Shown here: one piece after another, positions 13,001-25,223 of the stretch
Layout of the letters: the number at the start of each line of letters is the position of its first letter
How positions within the stretch are numbered: the first letter of the stretch is position 1
Assembly (NCBI GenBank): GCA_964188305.1
Contig: OZ076885.1
DNA: 64,000 nucleotides
DNA from: Podarcis bocagei
Taxonomy: Eukaryota
Direction: 5' to 3' (one strand)
Made by a program: the position numbers and the translations under genes
The notes under the pieces: generated by a model
What the model was told of the DNA's origin: nothing
The model's input: only the letters and a program-made list of their open reading frames with translations
Database searches by the model: none

Positions 13001-13171
13001 AGCGATCCGGAGTTGGTGCAATGGAAGAAGGAGCTGCGCGAAGCCTACCAGGAAGCCCAGCAGCTGCTGCAGAGGGTGCCCAAAATGAAACACAAGCCGC
13101 GCTCTCCGGTGGTGGAGCTCAGCAAGGTCGCTCTGCTCCAGCGCAGCAGCAGCAGCACCAACGGCCTCTGA
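13001..13171 (+). CDS. GRK2: GRK2 last coding exon ([14 protein letters not shown]...SSSSTNGL*)
   Basis: cag|agc; stop TGA 13169-13171. Confidence 0.96.
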   Translation, partial: SDPELVQWKKELREAYQEAQQLLQRVPKMKHKPRSPVVELSKVALLQRSSSSTNGL

Positions 13172-15122
13172 CCCTCCTTGACTTCCTCTCCCATCCTTAA
13201 TTTATTTGGCTGGGTTTGTCCACCATCCCCACCCTCTTTCCTGTCTCCTTTCGCTGATCATTGTGATGTCCACCCCAGCCCCCTGGGGTATTATAGTGAG
13301 GGGGTGGGGCATCCAGAAGGTGTGGGACAGACCTCCCTCTCCCCATCCCCCAGCACAGGGGAACCAATACCCATTTGAGGGGAAGGAGCCTGGTTGGCAA
13401 GGTGGATGAGCGTCTACCCCACCCCCCTGCCCCCCACGAAGGAAAGCTGGGATTAAAGCCCTGCCTCTAAATAGGACCAATGGAAGGAGATGCCCTGAGG
13501 TGTGCCACACATCTTGTGTCCTCCCTGCTTCCTCCCCTGTGGCTGCCAGACATGCGCTAGCGCACTCACGAGAGAGCCTGCTGGCTTAGGCCTTGCTCCC
13601 CATGGAGTGGCTGGCAGGGCATGTCCTCTCAGGTGAGTGAGTCCCTTCACACCAGCTTCAGGTGAAGAGACGCATCGGCACAACAACCCGTGTCCCCAGC
13701 CCCTTTTCTTTCCAGCGCCAGGCTCTGGCGTACGGTTCCACAGCAGGCCCCCTGCAGAAAGGGCACCCTGGTTCTGGCATAGATGGGATAGCTCAAAAGA
13801 GTGTATTTCCCGCCGCCCGTCACTCACAGAATATCGGCTAGGCAGCCACTGTGCCATAAGCAATCCCCTTCAGCATTGGCTGGGTTTGCACTCTAGAGTG
13901 TGATAAGGAATTGCCTTGAAACTCTTACACTGTAACGAAAATGTCTAACAAAAAAATGAAGGCTTGCTCCTGTTCTGTTCTCTTCCCTTCGTCCCCGAGT
14001 TCACGTCCTGAATCCTTCCCTACCACCCTCTTCTGGTCCCACCAGTTGCCATTCCAAATCCTGAATTCCTGACCTGGGGCAGCAGCTGCTGCTGCTGCTC
14101 TTGCTGCCGCCTCAGAGTTGTGGCCTGCCCTCTGCCTTTTGCCACCCTGCTCTCCCAGGCATTCTCTTATCAACTGTGCCAAATTTCAAGATTATTGTTG
14201 TGCCCTTCCCAGTTGGCCCCGTGGAGTCTGCAAAAAGTCGTACTCCCTGGGGCCGAATCTGGACAAGCTCCTTGCGTTTGGCTTGCCCAGTCTCTGTACT
14301 ATTGCCTCTGAATCTTCTCCTTGGAGTGGGATGAGAACTGCCTCTTGCTCTGCTGTCTCTACTGCCAAATGCCCATCTTGCTTTGCTGTGGAAAGAGGGG
14401 AGGGGCAGCAGGTTTCATGCCAAAAGAGATTTCTGAGCTGCCTGGCCCCTCTGCTCTCAGGGCCTCTCTGGGCTGAGCCTGGAGTGGGGGGAGTGGGGGG
14501 GGTGCGGTCACTGGAAGCTCGGCCTGGATGAGGCCCTGTGCCAAGTCCCAAGTGTCTGAAGGATTCTGTAAATATCTTTGTGCCAAGGGGGGGCCTGGCT
14601 GGGTGTGGAAAAACTAGGCCCATTCTGCCCCTCCCTTCCAGTATCCCTCTGTATTAACAGCTCCCCCCACTCACCACCTCCCCTTCCCCTAGCAGTGTTA
14701 CGGATTCTCCCACAGGATGGGGAGAAATATCAAGTTGAATTGACCCTGTACCCCTCCTCCTCCTCCTCTTCCCTCCATCTGCGGTTTAACAGAGGGGTTA
14801 AGGGTAGGTGGCTTTCGGTTGGGGATCAGGTCTCTCATCCCCATGGTGTCATGCCCCAAGCGCATGCGATTGCCTCTGCTGCATGCCCCCCCCACTCCGC
14901 CTCATGTGATGAGTTTTTGCCTGTTCTGCTACATGGCTCCCACATTCCTCCCAAGGCGATTGGCCCTGGGAGGGGGAGGGGTAGAGCGGGAGCCCCCCCC
15001 CCCCTTTCCCTGCAGTGTTTGTAAATATTGATCTCTGGTTTGTCTCTCTGGGTTATTATTATGGATTTTTTGCCGATTTTTGAATGTGATTTTAATGAGT
15101 GGGATAAAAAGACTGTTTTTAT

Positions 15123-15128
15123 AATAAA
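15123..15128 (+). terminator. Probable GRK2 polyadenylation signal AATAAA
   Basis: AATAAA at the end of a U-rich block ~1.95 kb after the stop codon. Confidence 0.65.
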
Positions 15129-17689
15129 AAAAATCCAAAACCCACAAAGCTTAGAAAAATGCAGGCTCTTCTGTGGCTCTCGGCACCAGAATGCGTAAAA
15201 CGTGTCGCTGACGTAGATTGAGTTGGGCTGTCGGCTCAGGGTTGTCAACTCCAGCTCTTCCAAAGCTGGTATCCAATCCAGGTGTTTTAAGAATACAGCC
15301 TCCATTAGCCCCAGTCAACAAGACCAATTGTCACAGATAGTGGGAGCTGTAGCCCACCAGGTTGGGGAAGGCTGGTCTATGGCAGAATCCAGCCCCAAGA
15401 CCATGGAGACTGAAGCTGGGACCATAGGCATGCAGATTGTGTGTTTTCCATGGTGATATGGGTGCTCCGTTTCCTTTCTCTGGAGCAAGGATGAGAAATT
15501 TTTTGTCTTCCAGGTGTTGCTAAACTACATCTCCCATCAGCCCCTGTCAGCATGGCCATTAGTCAAGGCTGATGGGAACTATAGTTCAGTAACATCTGGC
15601 GGAGCAAAGTTTCCTCACCCCTGCTCTAAATTGAAGCATCCATTTAGGAATCTATGGTAGGAAGCACACAAATATGTCAAGAAATTCTTGCATTATAATA
15701 GGTGACCAACCAACTCTCTCCTATGGGTCTCAAGCTCCAACGTAATATAGTGCATCACTAACAAACCAAGTCCTTCTGCTGTCCCCATAGGATAAACAAA
15801 GTGGTGGGAGAACATTTCTGATATCCTCAATATTGCCATGCTTCACACAAAAAAAGTTTTCTAAGGAATACTCCAGCATAAAATAGCTAAATTAGAATTT
15901 ATCATCAAATTCAGTTCTGTTCAATTTGGACCTAATGGGGACTGTGGTTCTCCCCTGCAAACATGGTATGGAAGTGCTGAATTAGCATTGCATAGTAAAT
16001 GATTCATGCCCCACTCTTCCCATAGAACCCATATGGGGGGTTTCATGAACTACAAAAACTCTCAAATAGGAAAAAAAACACACACCTTAAAACACTAGCA
16101 TCAATAAACAGCAAAGAAAGATCAATAGGATTATAGTGACTGCAGCTGAGAGTACACCAGTCTGTGCTTATCTTGTATACATTTGAGCTCTGCACAAAAA
16201 ACGTCACAGACCTGCTGCAACCCTTTGCATTTTATAGCCTCTTGGACCTGCTGTTTACATTTCCCCCTCTACAGCTATGTGCATGTATATATTATCTGTC
16301 AACTGAGGATAACACTTCATGCATCTGATGTCGTGCGTGCTAGTTCATGAAAGCTTCTGCCACAACAAATCATTCTTGAAGGTGCCACAAGACTTGCTTG
16401 TTTCTGATACAAGAGTCTCAATGAACTTACCAAAACAAACTGAGCACAGCCGGGCTGGAGCTTAACACAACAGCTGGAATACTTTTCTCTCCATAAAAGA
16501 CCTTCATGGCCCAGTGGAATTCCATTTCCCCATCCCTCTTAACAACATTTGATAATAATTTAATAGCATCTGTTTGAGGCAGAAGTGTAATGGGGAGCTT
16601 TTCACAATCTAAAGTAAGCCATGTTGGAGTAAGCTGCCCTGTTGAATTTCTGCCCATCACAGAACTCTTAAAAGCCAATGGAACCCTTCTCTGTCAAAAA
16701 TGGAGAGAAAGACAGGCTGGGGTGTATGACTGGAGGTGTAGGGTTTATGATTCACAGAGCACGTTTCTTGACTCTTGAGAAAGGAAAGGTTGCCTTGCTG
16801 TTTTAAAGGTGCCTCCTCTACACTTCCTGTACTACATTTTTCTAGGCCTAGTCATGGAAGGCCTGTTTACTCCATGACAGGTGAAAACAACTTCAGGTTT
16901 AACTGGGTGCCAACTACTTTGTTACTTCAACCACTGAACAAGTCTGCAACAAGGCAACACTTCCCCAAGCAGGTAGAGAGCAGGTCCTGCATGTGAAAAC
17001 CTGAGGGAGCCATTACTGAAAGACTGTTAGTACAATAATCATATCCATGTCTACTCAGAATAAAGCGTCACTGAGCTGAATAAGATTTATTCCCAGGGGG
17101 TATATTGGATGACCAATACCTGTGACCTAATACCCACTAAACACAGAGGGACTCATTTCTGAATGCACATGTCTAGGAATGTGTTTTGAGAAATGATTTC
17201 CCAGTCCTATATCCTTCTGGCTTGAAAGATGCATACACAAAACAACTTTAAATAAAAAGCAGTGGATAGTCCATATTTAGGATTGGAAGGATAGAGTTTA
17301 ATTTCTAGAATGAGTTGTGTGAGGTTCAAGAAGCTTGGCTGGAGTCCTGGTTGTTCCTACTCAGTAGAGAAAGGTGCACTCTGCATATGCTTAGGTGCAC
17401 TAGTTTATTGAACCACATTTCACAGCTGAGCCCTGGCAAGGCAAACAGCCTAGAAGGCAGCTCCAGGTTTCAGTTCGCCACTAACCAGAAGCCACACGCA
17501 ACCCCTCCTGGTGCGATTCTTATTTCCCTGAATAATAAAAGATGCAAGGGGAAGAAGGCTCTCTAACTGAACATGATCCTACATGTATCTCTACTCAGAA
17601 GTAAACTCGGCAGAGCTTAATAGGCCCCAAACCAATGGATTCAAGTCGCAAGAAAGGAGATTTTGACCAAACTAGGAAGAACTTCCGGA

Positions 17690-17850
17690 GAGTAAAAGGT
17701 GTTCGGACTCCAGGTGAGGTGGTAGACTCGCCTTCCTCGGGAGGTTTTTAAGCAGAGCTTAGATGGCCACCTGTCACGTATGATCTAGCTGAGATTCCTG
17801 CACTGCAGGGGGCTGGACTAGATGATCCTTGGGATCCCTTCCAGTTCCTC
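17690..17850 (+). mobile_element. CR1 3' end fragment abutting the ANKRD13D CpG island
   Basis: 'ggaggtttttaagcagag...ctggactagatgatccttgggatcccttccagttc' CR1-type tail. Confidence 0.6.
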
Positions 17851-17879
17851 TCGGGTGAATGGATATCTGACTGCAGCCT

Positions 17880-18680
17880 CAGCCTTCCCGTCCGCCCCCA
17901 GCAAGCAAGCGGAGCCAAGCCGGCCCAATCGCCCACCCTTCTGGGGACCGAGGACCCCGAGGAGGCCGTGGCTCCTGCTGCCGGGGGCTGCAATTTCGCC
18001 TCCGCCCGCTTCCCCTGGCGGCTGACGAGGGAGGCAGGCTGCCCAAGGCGGCCGGCTCCGCTCCCTCCCGCTGCCGGTGGTGACGCAAGGGGTGTTGCCT
18101 GTCCTCGACGCCCAGAGCGTGGCCCTCTCGCGTGGGCTGGAGCAGGGAGCGAGCGAGGCCGGAAAAGTGCCTGGGCCAGCTTTCCGCGCCCCTGCCGCCG
18201 CTGTCTCCTCCCTGCGCCCCGCAGGCCCGCCCCTTCTCCCCCAGCCCCGCCGCTCCCTGGCTCTGGGTCGGCCCCGGGAGCCGCAGCGAGCGAACCCCGG
18301 CCAGGCCGCGCGTGCGCCCCGCCGTCCCTCCCTCTCCGCCTGCCTGCCTGCCTCTCCTCCCGGGAGTGCAGCCGCCGCCACCGTCGCAGCGGGGCCCAGC
18401 GCAAAACCGAGCAGGAGGGAAAGCGCCGCCGCCGCCACCACCCGGAAAGGCCTCGGGCAGAGAAGGATCGGAGCAGAGACCCGGCCGGGCGCGGGGACAT
18501 GGTGACGGGATGGCCCGCATCACAGACGCCTTCCCCCTGCACCTGCTCGTCTGGCACAACCGGCACCAGGCGCTGGACAGCGAGCTGCGCAAGGGACAGG
18601 TACGGGGGAGCCCTCAACCCCCCCAATCTCCTAGGACTCCTTCCTTCCTTAACCCCGCATTCCAGGTCGCCCCTTCCAGC
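17880..18680. promoter_or_regulatory. CpG island / ANKRD13D promoter and 5' UTR
   Basis: Very GC/CpG-rich; GC boxes (CCCGCCC), CCAAT near 17925, half-CRE TGACG sites; contains coding exon 1. Confidence 0.85.
18510..18599 (+). CDS. ANKRD13D: ANKRD13D exon 1 (MARITDAFPLHLLVWHNRHQALDSELRKGQ)
   Basis: gggATGg ... cag|gtacgg. Confidence 0.92.
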
Positions 18681-21600
18681 CGGAGTTGGAGATGTGGCAG
18701 CCAGGGAGGGGGATGTGATGTGGGATCCTTCCAAGATGGTCCCAGCCCTTCGCTCCCCCCCCCCACCCGCTGGTAGCCCTACTGCTGCCACTGGGAGGGA
18801 GAATGAACAAGGGCCAGATACTGTATATCTGACTGCTGCTAACCTAGGTTTGTTCCATCTGCATCCTGTTAAACCTGCCACATCCAGTTAACTCCCCCCC
18901 CTCCCAGCCACGCCACACACACAAGCAGGAAAGCTCCCCAAGGGGCATCTCTTTACCCCCCCCAGTGGTGATAGCATCATCACCTTTCCCCCACCTTTGT
19001 AATGCTCTTGGTCCCCTCTCTCCATTCCTTCTCTTTGTACCTCTGGATTGTAACTCTTCCCTCCTCACCCCAGCCGAACTGGTGGTTTCAGAATAGCTGT
19101 ATAGATGTTTGATGATTCTTTTGGGCTGGGAATCCCCAACCTCATAATTCCTCATCAGACTTGGCAGTTGAAGCTTTGAAGCAAACAGCAATCCTCATTT
19201 GAGGCCATCTGTTTGGAATCCCAGAATCCACTGCTCCTTCGTCTTAGGCCCCCTCGTAGTAATTTGGGCACATGAGGGCAAGACACGCGAGGGATCAGCA
19301 CACTCAGCTGGTTCTGAAGGGTGCCGTGATACTCAGTCCCATAACATCCTCTGGCAATCGAGGCCTAGTGTTTTGTTTTTTGTTTTTTACAAAAACAACC
19401 TTCCTGTGGTGGCTTCATGTTTAGTGCACTGATAGCCACCATTTTGGAAAAGAGAAAAAGGGAGAAAGGCAAAATAATCCTTAAAGATTGATGTGCGTGT
19501 GCACAGCTGGTATGGGTCTCTTTTAAAAATTCAATTCAATTATTAGAGCCTCCAAGCAAGTGCCAGCTCTAGCACCCTGTTGCATTGGAGAGGGGAAATT
19601 CACAGGGTTTCCTTCCTGCTTGCCCCTATGGACCACAGCTGAGCACTGGACTAGGCTGAGCATCTATTCTTTAAAAAACTCTTGGTTCTCCCACCTAGAG
19701 TTAGAACCAAGAGAACAGAGTCATTAGAATACCTGTATGGGAGAAGACTGACAGGAAGAGTTCTGCCTGGCAACTGATTTGGAACTGGGAGAAATGCAGA
19801 TCAGGGAGCATGGCTTAAAAGAAGACTGGGCTGGAGATAACTGATCGTACCTGAGATAATGATGATTCCCATTTCTTGTTTTGGAAGGGGGAAACGGGGA
19901 ATGAACTGACTTATAGAGCTAGGGGGATGAATTTTGGGAGGATCTCAAAAAGAAAGGAATTTGGGGCAGAGGTTTGGTCAGCCGGATGTTTCTGGAATCT
20001 AATTACATAGGGCACTCCGATGATGGCCTTCTCTTGTTGTCAGTCCCTAACAGCTGATACTCAGAGGTATGTTACCTTTGAAGAGGGAGGTTCTATTTAA
20101 TTTGGTGGTTGAGGCTAGTAGCTGTTGACAGACCTGTCCTCTGTGAATTTATCAAATCCTTTTTGAAACTAACTTAAGCTAGTGGCCATCAACATACCTC
20201 ACAGCAGTGAATTCCATGAGTTAATTACCCCTTGAGTGACAAAGTATCTGCATTTGCTTTTATCTTGTTTCTAAAAAATCATGGGCAGTCTGGGAAAGGT
20301 GGGAGAGAAACGATTCAAAGTATGGCATACAGTGGCATTGCAACAAAAGTTGGGAAATGGTGTGGAGGGTTTGGGGCTCTGCCTTGTGTTCAATTTGGCT
20401 AGGTCACTTGTCTCTCAGTCTCACCAGTTCTCCTTCTGTAAAATGGATGTTGCAGTATCAAATGTGAGGTCAAAGAAGTGGTTTGGTGTGTAGAGCTCAT
20501 GCTCCACCTTTGCATTGTACTCAGGTTGCAGTCTTGGAGAAAGTCAGGTGTCTCCATCTAGTCCAGCATTCTGTTTCCAGCAGTGGTCAGCCAAATGCAT
20601 CTGAAAATTTTACAAGCAAGGCCTGAGGTCAACAGTGTTCTGCTGTTGCTTGTATCCAGCAGCTGACATTCAGAGGCAAATTCTTTCTGAATATTGTGGT
20701 GCTTCCATCAAATTATGACTTTCAGGGTGGGTGTTGGGGTGATGGAGCTTTGAGTGGATGGAGCCTAGGCAAGGGAATGGCTTGGCAGGGTGGGCAGATT
20801 TGTAACATCCTGAATTTCTGAAGGTATCGGCTGCTGTTACATCTTTTTTGCAGGTGCTTTAGGATGTTCAGCCTAAAACCCTGCACATGACTTAACTTGG
20901 TGGTAGAAGAAATCACATTCTGACTATTTTCAAATATACTCTTGTGGTCAACTAGTCTGCAAGTGCAGTGAAAATAGGCCCAGCTTATGTAGGATATAAG
21001 AGACCCTGGGCTGTTCCAGGTAACACAGAAGGATTCTGGAGCTATGATAGAACCCGCCAGACCTCTCTGCAGCAAGCACTCCCATTGTTGGTGAATTGCT
21101 GGTAATCAGCTGTTAAAAAATGTGATTCTTAGCCCCAGTGCTTGAAGCGATTACACTACCCTCAGCATAAGGAAGGTGCCCATGACATCTGCACAAAGCT
21201 CTACAGCCCTGTCTCCTGATCCATTTTTATTATCCATCCCTCAAAAGCGTATTTACTTGTGGGTTTGTTTGTTTTTTGTTTCTTTTCTTTAATTCATAAG
21301 CCGTGTACTCTCCTTCTGTAGCACTTGAGTGCACTCTTCTTACAATTAAAAACAAAACAGGTTGTTTCACAATATAGCTGGGCTAGTCCCTATTCTGTTC
21401 TATCATGTGGGGACAAAGGCCTTTGTGGTGAATGGCCCCTTCTAATTGCATCTTGGAACAAGACAGCATTTGCCATTGCAAAGAAGGTCCTTTCATCAGG
21501 AAGCCAAGACACAACATTAATTGATTTCCATATATACTTAGATTTCCCCCCACTTTTCAAGCAATCAAGAGTCTCCCAAAGTGGTTCAAAAACAGAGTCA

Positions 21601-22390
21601 GGCCCTGCCAGCAGGCTTGCAAACTGAAAAGACAAGACACACAAGGAAAGGGAAGTGGAGTGGGAGAGAGATTAGTCCTTCCAGGCCAGAACAAAGTGGG
21701 GAGCTATAAGAGAGGGCATTTATGCTCAGTGGAGGCCAGGGTAGGTAACCTTGCCTTGCTGGTGTTCTCACTTGAAGAGGAATTGTTGGCTCAAGCTCCT
21801 TTGACCAATGGGTGGGGCAAGCGCTTCAAACTTCTCCCTTTTGCTTCTATAGTCCTGGGGCGAGTTGGAGTTGAGTAGGAAGGGAAGAGGTGAGTTCCAT
21901 GTAGCCTGATGGTTCTCTGGCTGGTGGTTGGGGCCAGGGTGGTCTCCTTGCCATGATATTCTTCCTTGGAGGGCAACTGGACTGTAGCCCTAATGTGCTG
22001 CCCTTCACTTCTGCAGTCCCATCAAGGCTTTTGAATATCTGAATATCAGCATGCGCAAGCTTAGATTAAGCAACAAGGCCGGCTCTTCTATTCTGGCCAG
22101 TGGATATGATACGTCATGGTCCCTTGGGTCGGATATTCTATAGGATATGTGAATTCTATCCTAGTCCCCTGGATGTCCTTGTAGGTCAGGGACAGCATTA
22201 TCTGGGGACAAGCTCTGAGTGAATCTTCCTCTTTTGCAAGAGATACTGGTGCAAGGGCATTAAAACCCTGCTGAGTCCTAACACTGAAAACTGTTTCCAG
22301 GAATGAGCCCCAGAGCAGAGAAAGCCTCAGCCCTTGTTCTCCTGCAAAGGAATGTCCACCTAGCTCATTAATCCTCTGGCTCTTTTGCAG

Positions 22391-22526
22391 CACGATATTG
22401 AGATGCTGGACCCACGAGGCCGAACGCCCCTGGAGCTGGCCGTGTGCCTGGGGAACCTGGAATCCGTCCGGGTGCTGTTGCGACATAATGCCAGTGTGGG
22501 CCAGGAGAATGCCAACGGCTGGACAG
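22391..22526 (+). CDS. ANKRD13D: ANKRD13D exon 2 ([18 protein letters not shown]...NGWT)
   Basis: cag|cac...aca g|gtatga; ankyrin repeat. Confidence 0.95.
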
Positions 22527-23300
22527 GTATGAAGGTTCAGTGGACAAGGGGATGTGCCCCATGTTGGTCCGTTTCAATTTCTGTCTCCTCCGCTTAAAGC
22601 TGGGGTGAGGAACCTGTAGACCTCCAGTTTTTGTTGCACTTACAACTCCCACGCTGGCTATAGGCTGATGGGAGATGGAGTCCAACAAAACCTGGAGAGC
22701 CACATGTTCGTCCGGATGGTCAGGTTGCACGACTGTGAAACGCCTTCTGCTTGAGACCTTGCAGTGCTGCTGCCTAATACTGGGCTCAATAACATATTGA
22801 AGCATCTCCTTATATCCTAGGCAAGGGGGGAAATAGAAGGAATGTGTTGAAAGGGTTGTTGTGAAAGCTGAGCAAGGGAAGACAGCAGTTGAGAAATGAA
22901 AGGCCTGAGACATGAGGGCTGTGGTTTTGAGTGGTAAGCAACACGAATGAAAGCCAGAGTCCAGTGCTTAGGCCAGTACTGGAGTAATATGTGTGTTTTG
23001 AAGGCAGAACTCTTCCAGGCACTTTTGTATAAGGCACCTATCCTTGCTTCTCTGGCTTAAGTTTCTGGAGCCTTGCTTTGCCCTGCCTAGGATGGTAGAG
23101 GTTTCCCTGGGAACTGAGCACTGATTGGCATGATACCTGTGCCCTTGGCAGCCAGACATGTCCTTTTGGCAGATCAATAGGCTGTCTGCTCCTGGTTGGG
23201 AGTGAGGATAGAGGAGAAACTCATTTGGACTTGAGAGATGATGGGCACAGTGAGTGGGGCCAAGAAGCCAAATACTGATTTCCCCCCTCTGCCTCTCTAG

Positions 23301-23425
23301 TCCTGCAGGAGGCAGTAAGCACAGGGGACCCAGAGATGGTGCAGCTGGTGCTCCAGTATCGCGATTACCAGCGGGCCACACAGCGCCTAGGCGGCATCCC
23401 AGAATTGCTCAACAAACTGCGCAGA
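23301..23425 (+). CDS. ANKRD13D: ANKRD13D exon 3 ([14 protein letters not shown]...NKLRR)
   Basis: tag|tc...aga|gtatgt. Confidence 0.95.
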
Positions 23426-24087
23426 GTATGTACGGTCAACTTCAGTCCTTGTGTATTTATCAGTGTCTACAGATTTTATTATAGGGGTGCCCAACCTGTA
23501 CTCTTGTCAGGATCCCTGGCAAAGGGAGAAAGAAATCTTGCCAAATCTGCCCTCTCTTAGGATCTTAATGGAATCTCCTTTTCTTTCTAAAACTCTGGTT
23601 GTGTTTGTGTTAACTAAAAGCCACAACCCTCTCTCTGGATACTTCTTCCATAGAGCACCAGCATTAAGTCCCTCACTTTTGTGTGGGCACAGAAACATTG
23701 CAATTTAACCATTCCTATGTTCTTCTAATGCACACTTCAAGAAGGGAAACACTCTTGTCCCTCCCACATTCCCTTGCGAAGGGGCTTGGAAGATGAATCA
23801 TTTGAACAGCATGGTTTCAAGATGACAATGGCAGCAGTTACTCTGCATCCCAGAAGCATCAACCCTCTTCTCCTCTAAACCCCCTGGGATGCTCAAAAGC
23901 ACTCTTGGGTTTTCTAGCTAGCAGTTGCTAGATCTAATTGAACTCCCATTGGCAAAGTGTGACTCTTAATAGGATTATGGTCACAGCAAAATGTAGTCCC
24001 TTTAGAGAACAGGGATTGGCTGTTCTCGCTGCCCCTTCTTTCACTTGCAGTGCTCTGCCCCCTCACTTTGGTTCTCCATCTCCACAG

Positions 24088-24133
24088 GCTCCTGATTTCT
24101 ACGTGGAGATGAAGTGGGAGTTTACCAGCTGGG
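24088..24133 (+). CDS. ANKRD13D: ANKRD13D exon 4 (APDFYVEMKWEFTSW)
   Basis: cag|gct...tgg g|gtaagt. Confidence 0.95.
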
Positions 24134-24519
24134 GTAAGTCAGTGCTTCACTTCTGGGAGTGGTCCACAAAAGCCTGAGCAGGTGACAGGAGAGAGCTATC
24201 CAATAAGGGAGCAGTTTGGCCTGGGGAAATGATGCAGCAGAAGAGTTAACTACCTAGCCCTCCTGAGCTCAGAAACATAGACGACATTTTGAGGAAGAAG
24301 AAAGCCGTGGCTTCACCAAGGAGCAGGATCCATGCTATTGACATGTGGTGTCCTAGTCGTGCTCCAGAGATTAGAGGTGTGACACTCTGAAGGAATGATG
24401 TGATGCCAGGCAGAGAGGGCAAGAAGTATCTCTCAGCCATGAGACTCATTGGATACTTTGGAGCATGTTGTTGTCTCTCAGTTTGACCTTCCACACAGAG
24501 GCTATGGCGCCTCTCTGAA

Positions 24520-24712
24520 GGGCTGTCGCTCAGTGGGAGAGCACCTGCTTTTCACACAGAAGATCCCAGGTTCAGTCAGGCATTTCTATGTAGGGCTGGG
24601 ATAGGCCTCCCATCCTGAAACTATGGAGAGCTGCTGCTAGTCGATGTAGACAACACAGAAATTTGATGAACCAGTGGACCAGATGGATCAGTATAAGGCA
24701 GCTCACTGTGTT
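24520..24712 (+). mobile_element. tRNA-derived SINE, degenerate
   Basis: A-box 'gctcagtgggagagc', B-box-like 'ggttcagtc', tail 'gtataaggcagct'; related copies at ~38125-38310, ~41225-41350, ~47310-47492. Confidence 0.65.
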
Positions 24713-24804
24713 TCTGTGGATGAAGTACAAATGTGGCAAACAAGTAAATGATGCTAAGCAATGTTCCCTCTCCCTCTGCTCCCTCTCTTCCTCTCCGTCA
24801 CCAG

Positions 24805-24948
24805 TGCCCCTGGTCTCCAAGATATGCCCAAGTGACGTGTACCGGGTGTGGAAGCGTGGGGAAAACTTGCGGGTTGACACCACCTTGCTGGGCTTTGAGC
24901 ACATGACCTGGCAGCGGGGCCGCCGCAGCTACATCTTTAAAGGCGAAG
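24805..24948 (+). CDS. ANKRD13D: ANKRD13D exon 5 ([19 protein letters not shown]...FKGE)
   Basis: cag|tg...gaa g|gtcaga. Confidence 0.95.
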
Positions 24949-25033
24949 GTCAGAATATCTCTTTTCTGGGGTGCTTGGCAAGGTGTGGGAGGCTATGATA
25001 CTGACTGCTTTTCTCCTTCCCCTCATTGGCCAG

Positions 25034-25223
25034 ATGAGAATGCTGTGGTGATGGAGGTTGACCACGACAAGCAGGTGGTGTACACTGAAACGTTGTCTCT
25101 AGCCTTGCATGAGCCGGAGCTGATGCTGGCTGCCATGCAGCCTTCCGAGGAGCACGTGGCCAGCCGGCTCACTTCGCCCATCGTCTCCACCCACCTGGAT
25201 ACCAAGAACATTGCCTTTGAGCG
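25034..25223 (+). CDS. ANKRD13D: ANKRD13D exon 6 (DENAVVMEVDHDKQ...NIAFER)
   Basis: cag|at...cg|gtgagc. Confidence 0.94.

Larger units (their letters stand above)
1..15140 (+). other. GRK2: GRK2 (beta-adrenergic receptor kinase 1) gene, 3' portion: 10 coding exons plus ~1.95 kb 3' UTR; 5' part lies outside the window
   Basis: Spliced exons 1-23, 853-960, 1237-1303, 3626-3726, 6078-6144, 6608-6703, 8390-8552, 8856-8992, 9256-9369, 13001-13171 join in frame with GT-AG sites. They give the kinase C-lobe, AGC tail, PH domain and C-terminus [11 protein letters not shown]...NGL typical of GRK2; the ANKRD13D/SSH3 neighbours also favour GRK2 over GRK3. Confidence 0.96.

Noticed and set aside
17863-18836. 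12-bp direct repeat ATATCTGACTGC flanking ANKRD13D exon 1
   Set aside because: It encloses a conserved promoter and exon with no transposon hallmarks; probably chance.
17748-18891. Long overlapping ORFs (207-377 aa) on both strands at the ANKRD13D 5' end
   Set aside because: Stop-poor GC-rich CpG island; low-complexity Arg/Gly/Pro/Ala translations with no recognisable domain.
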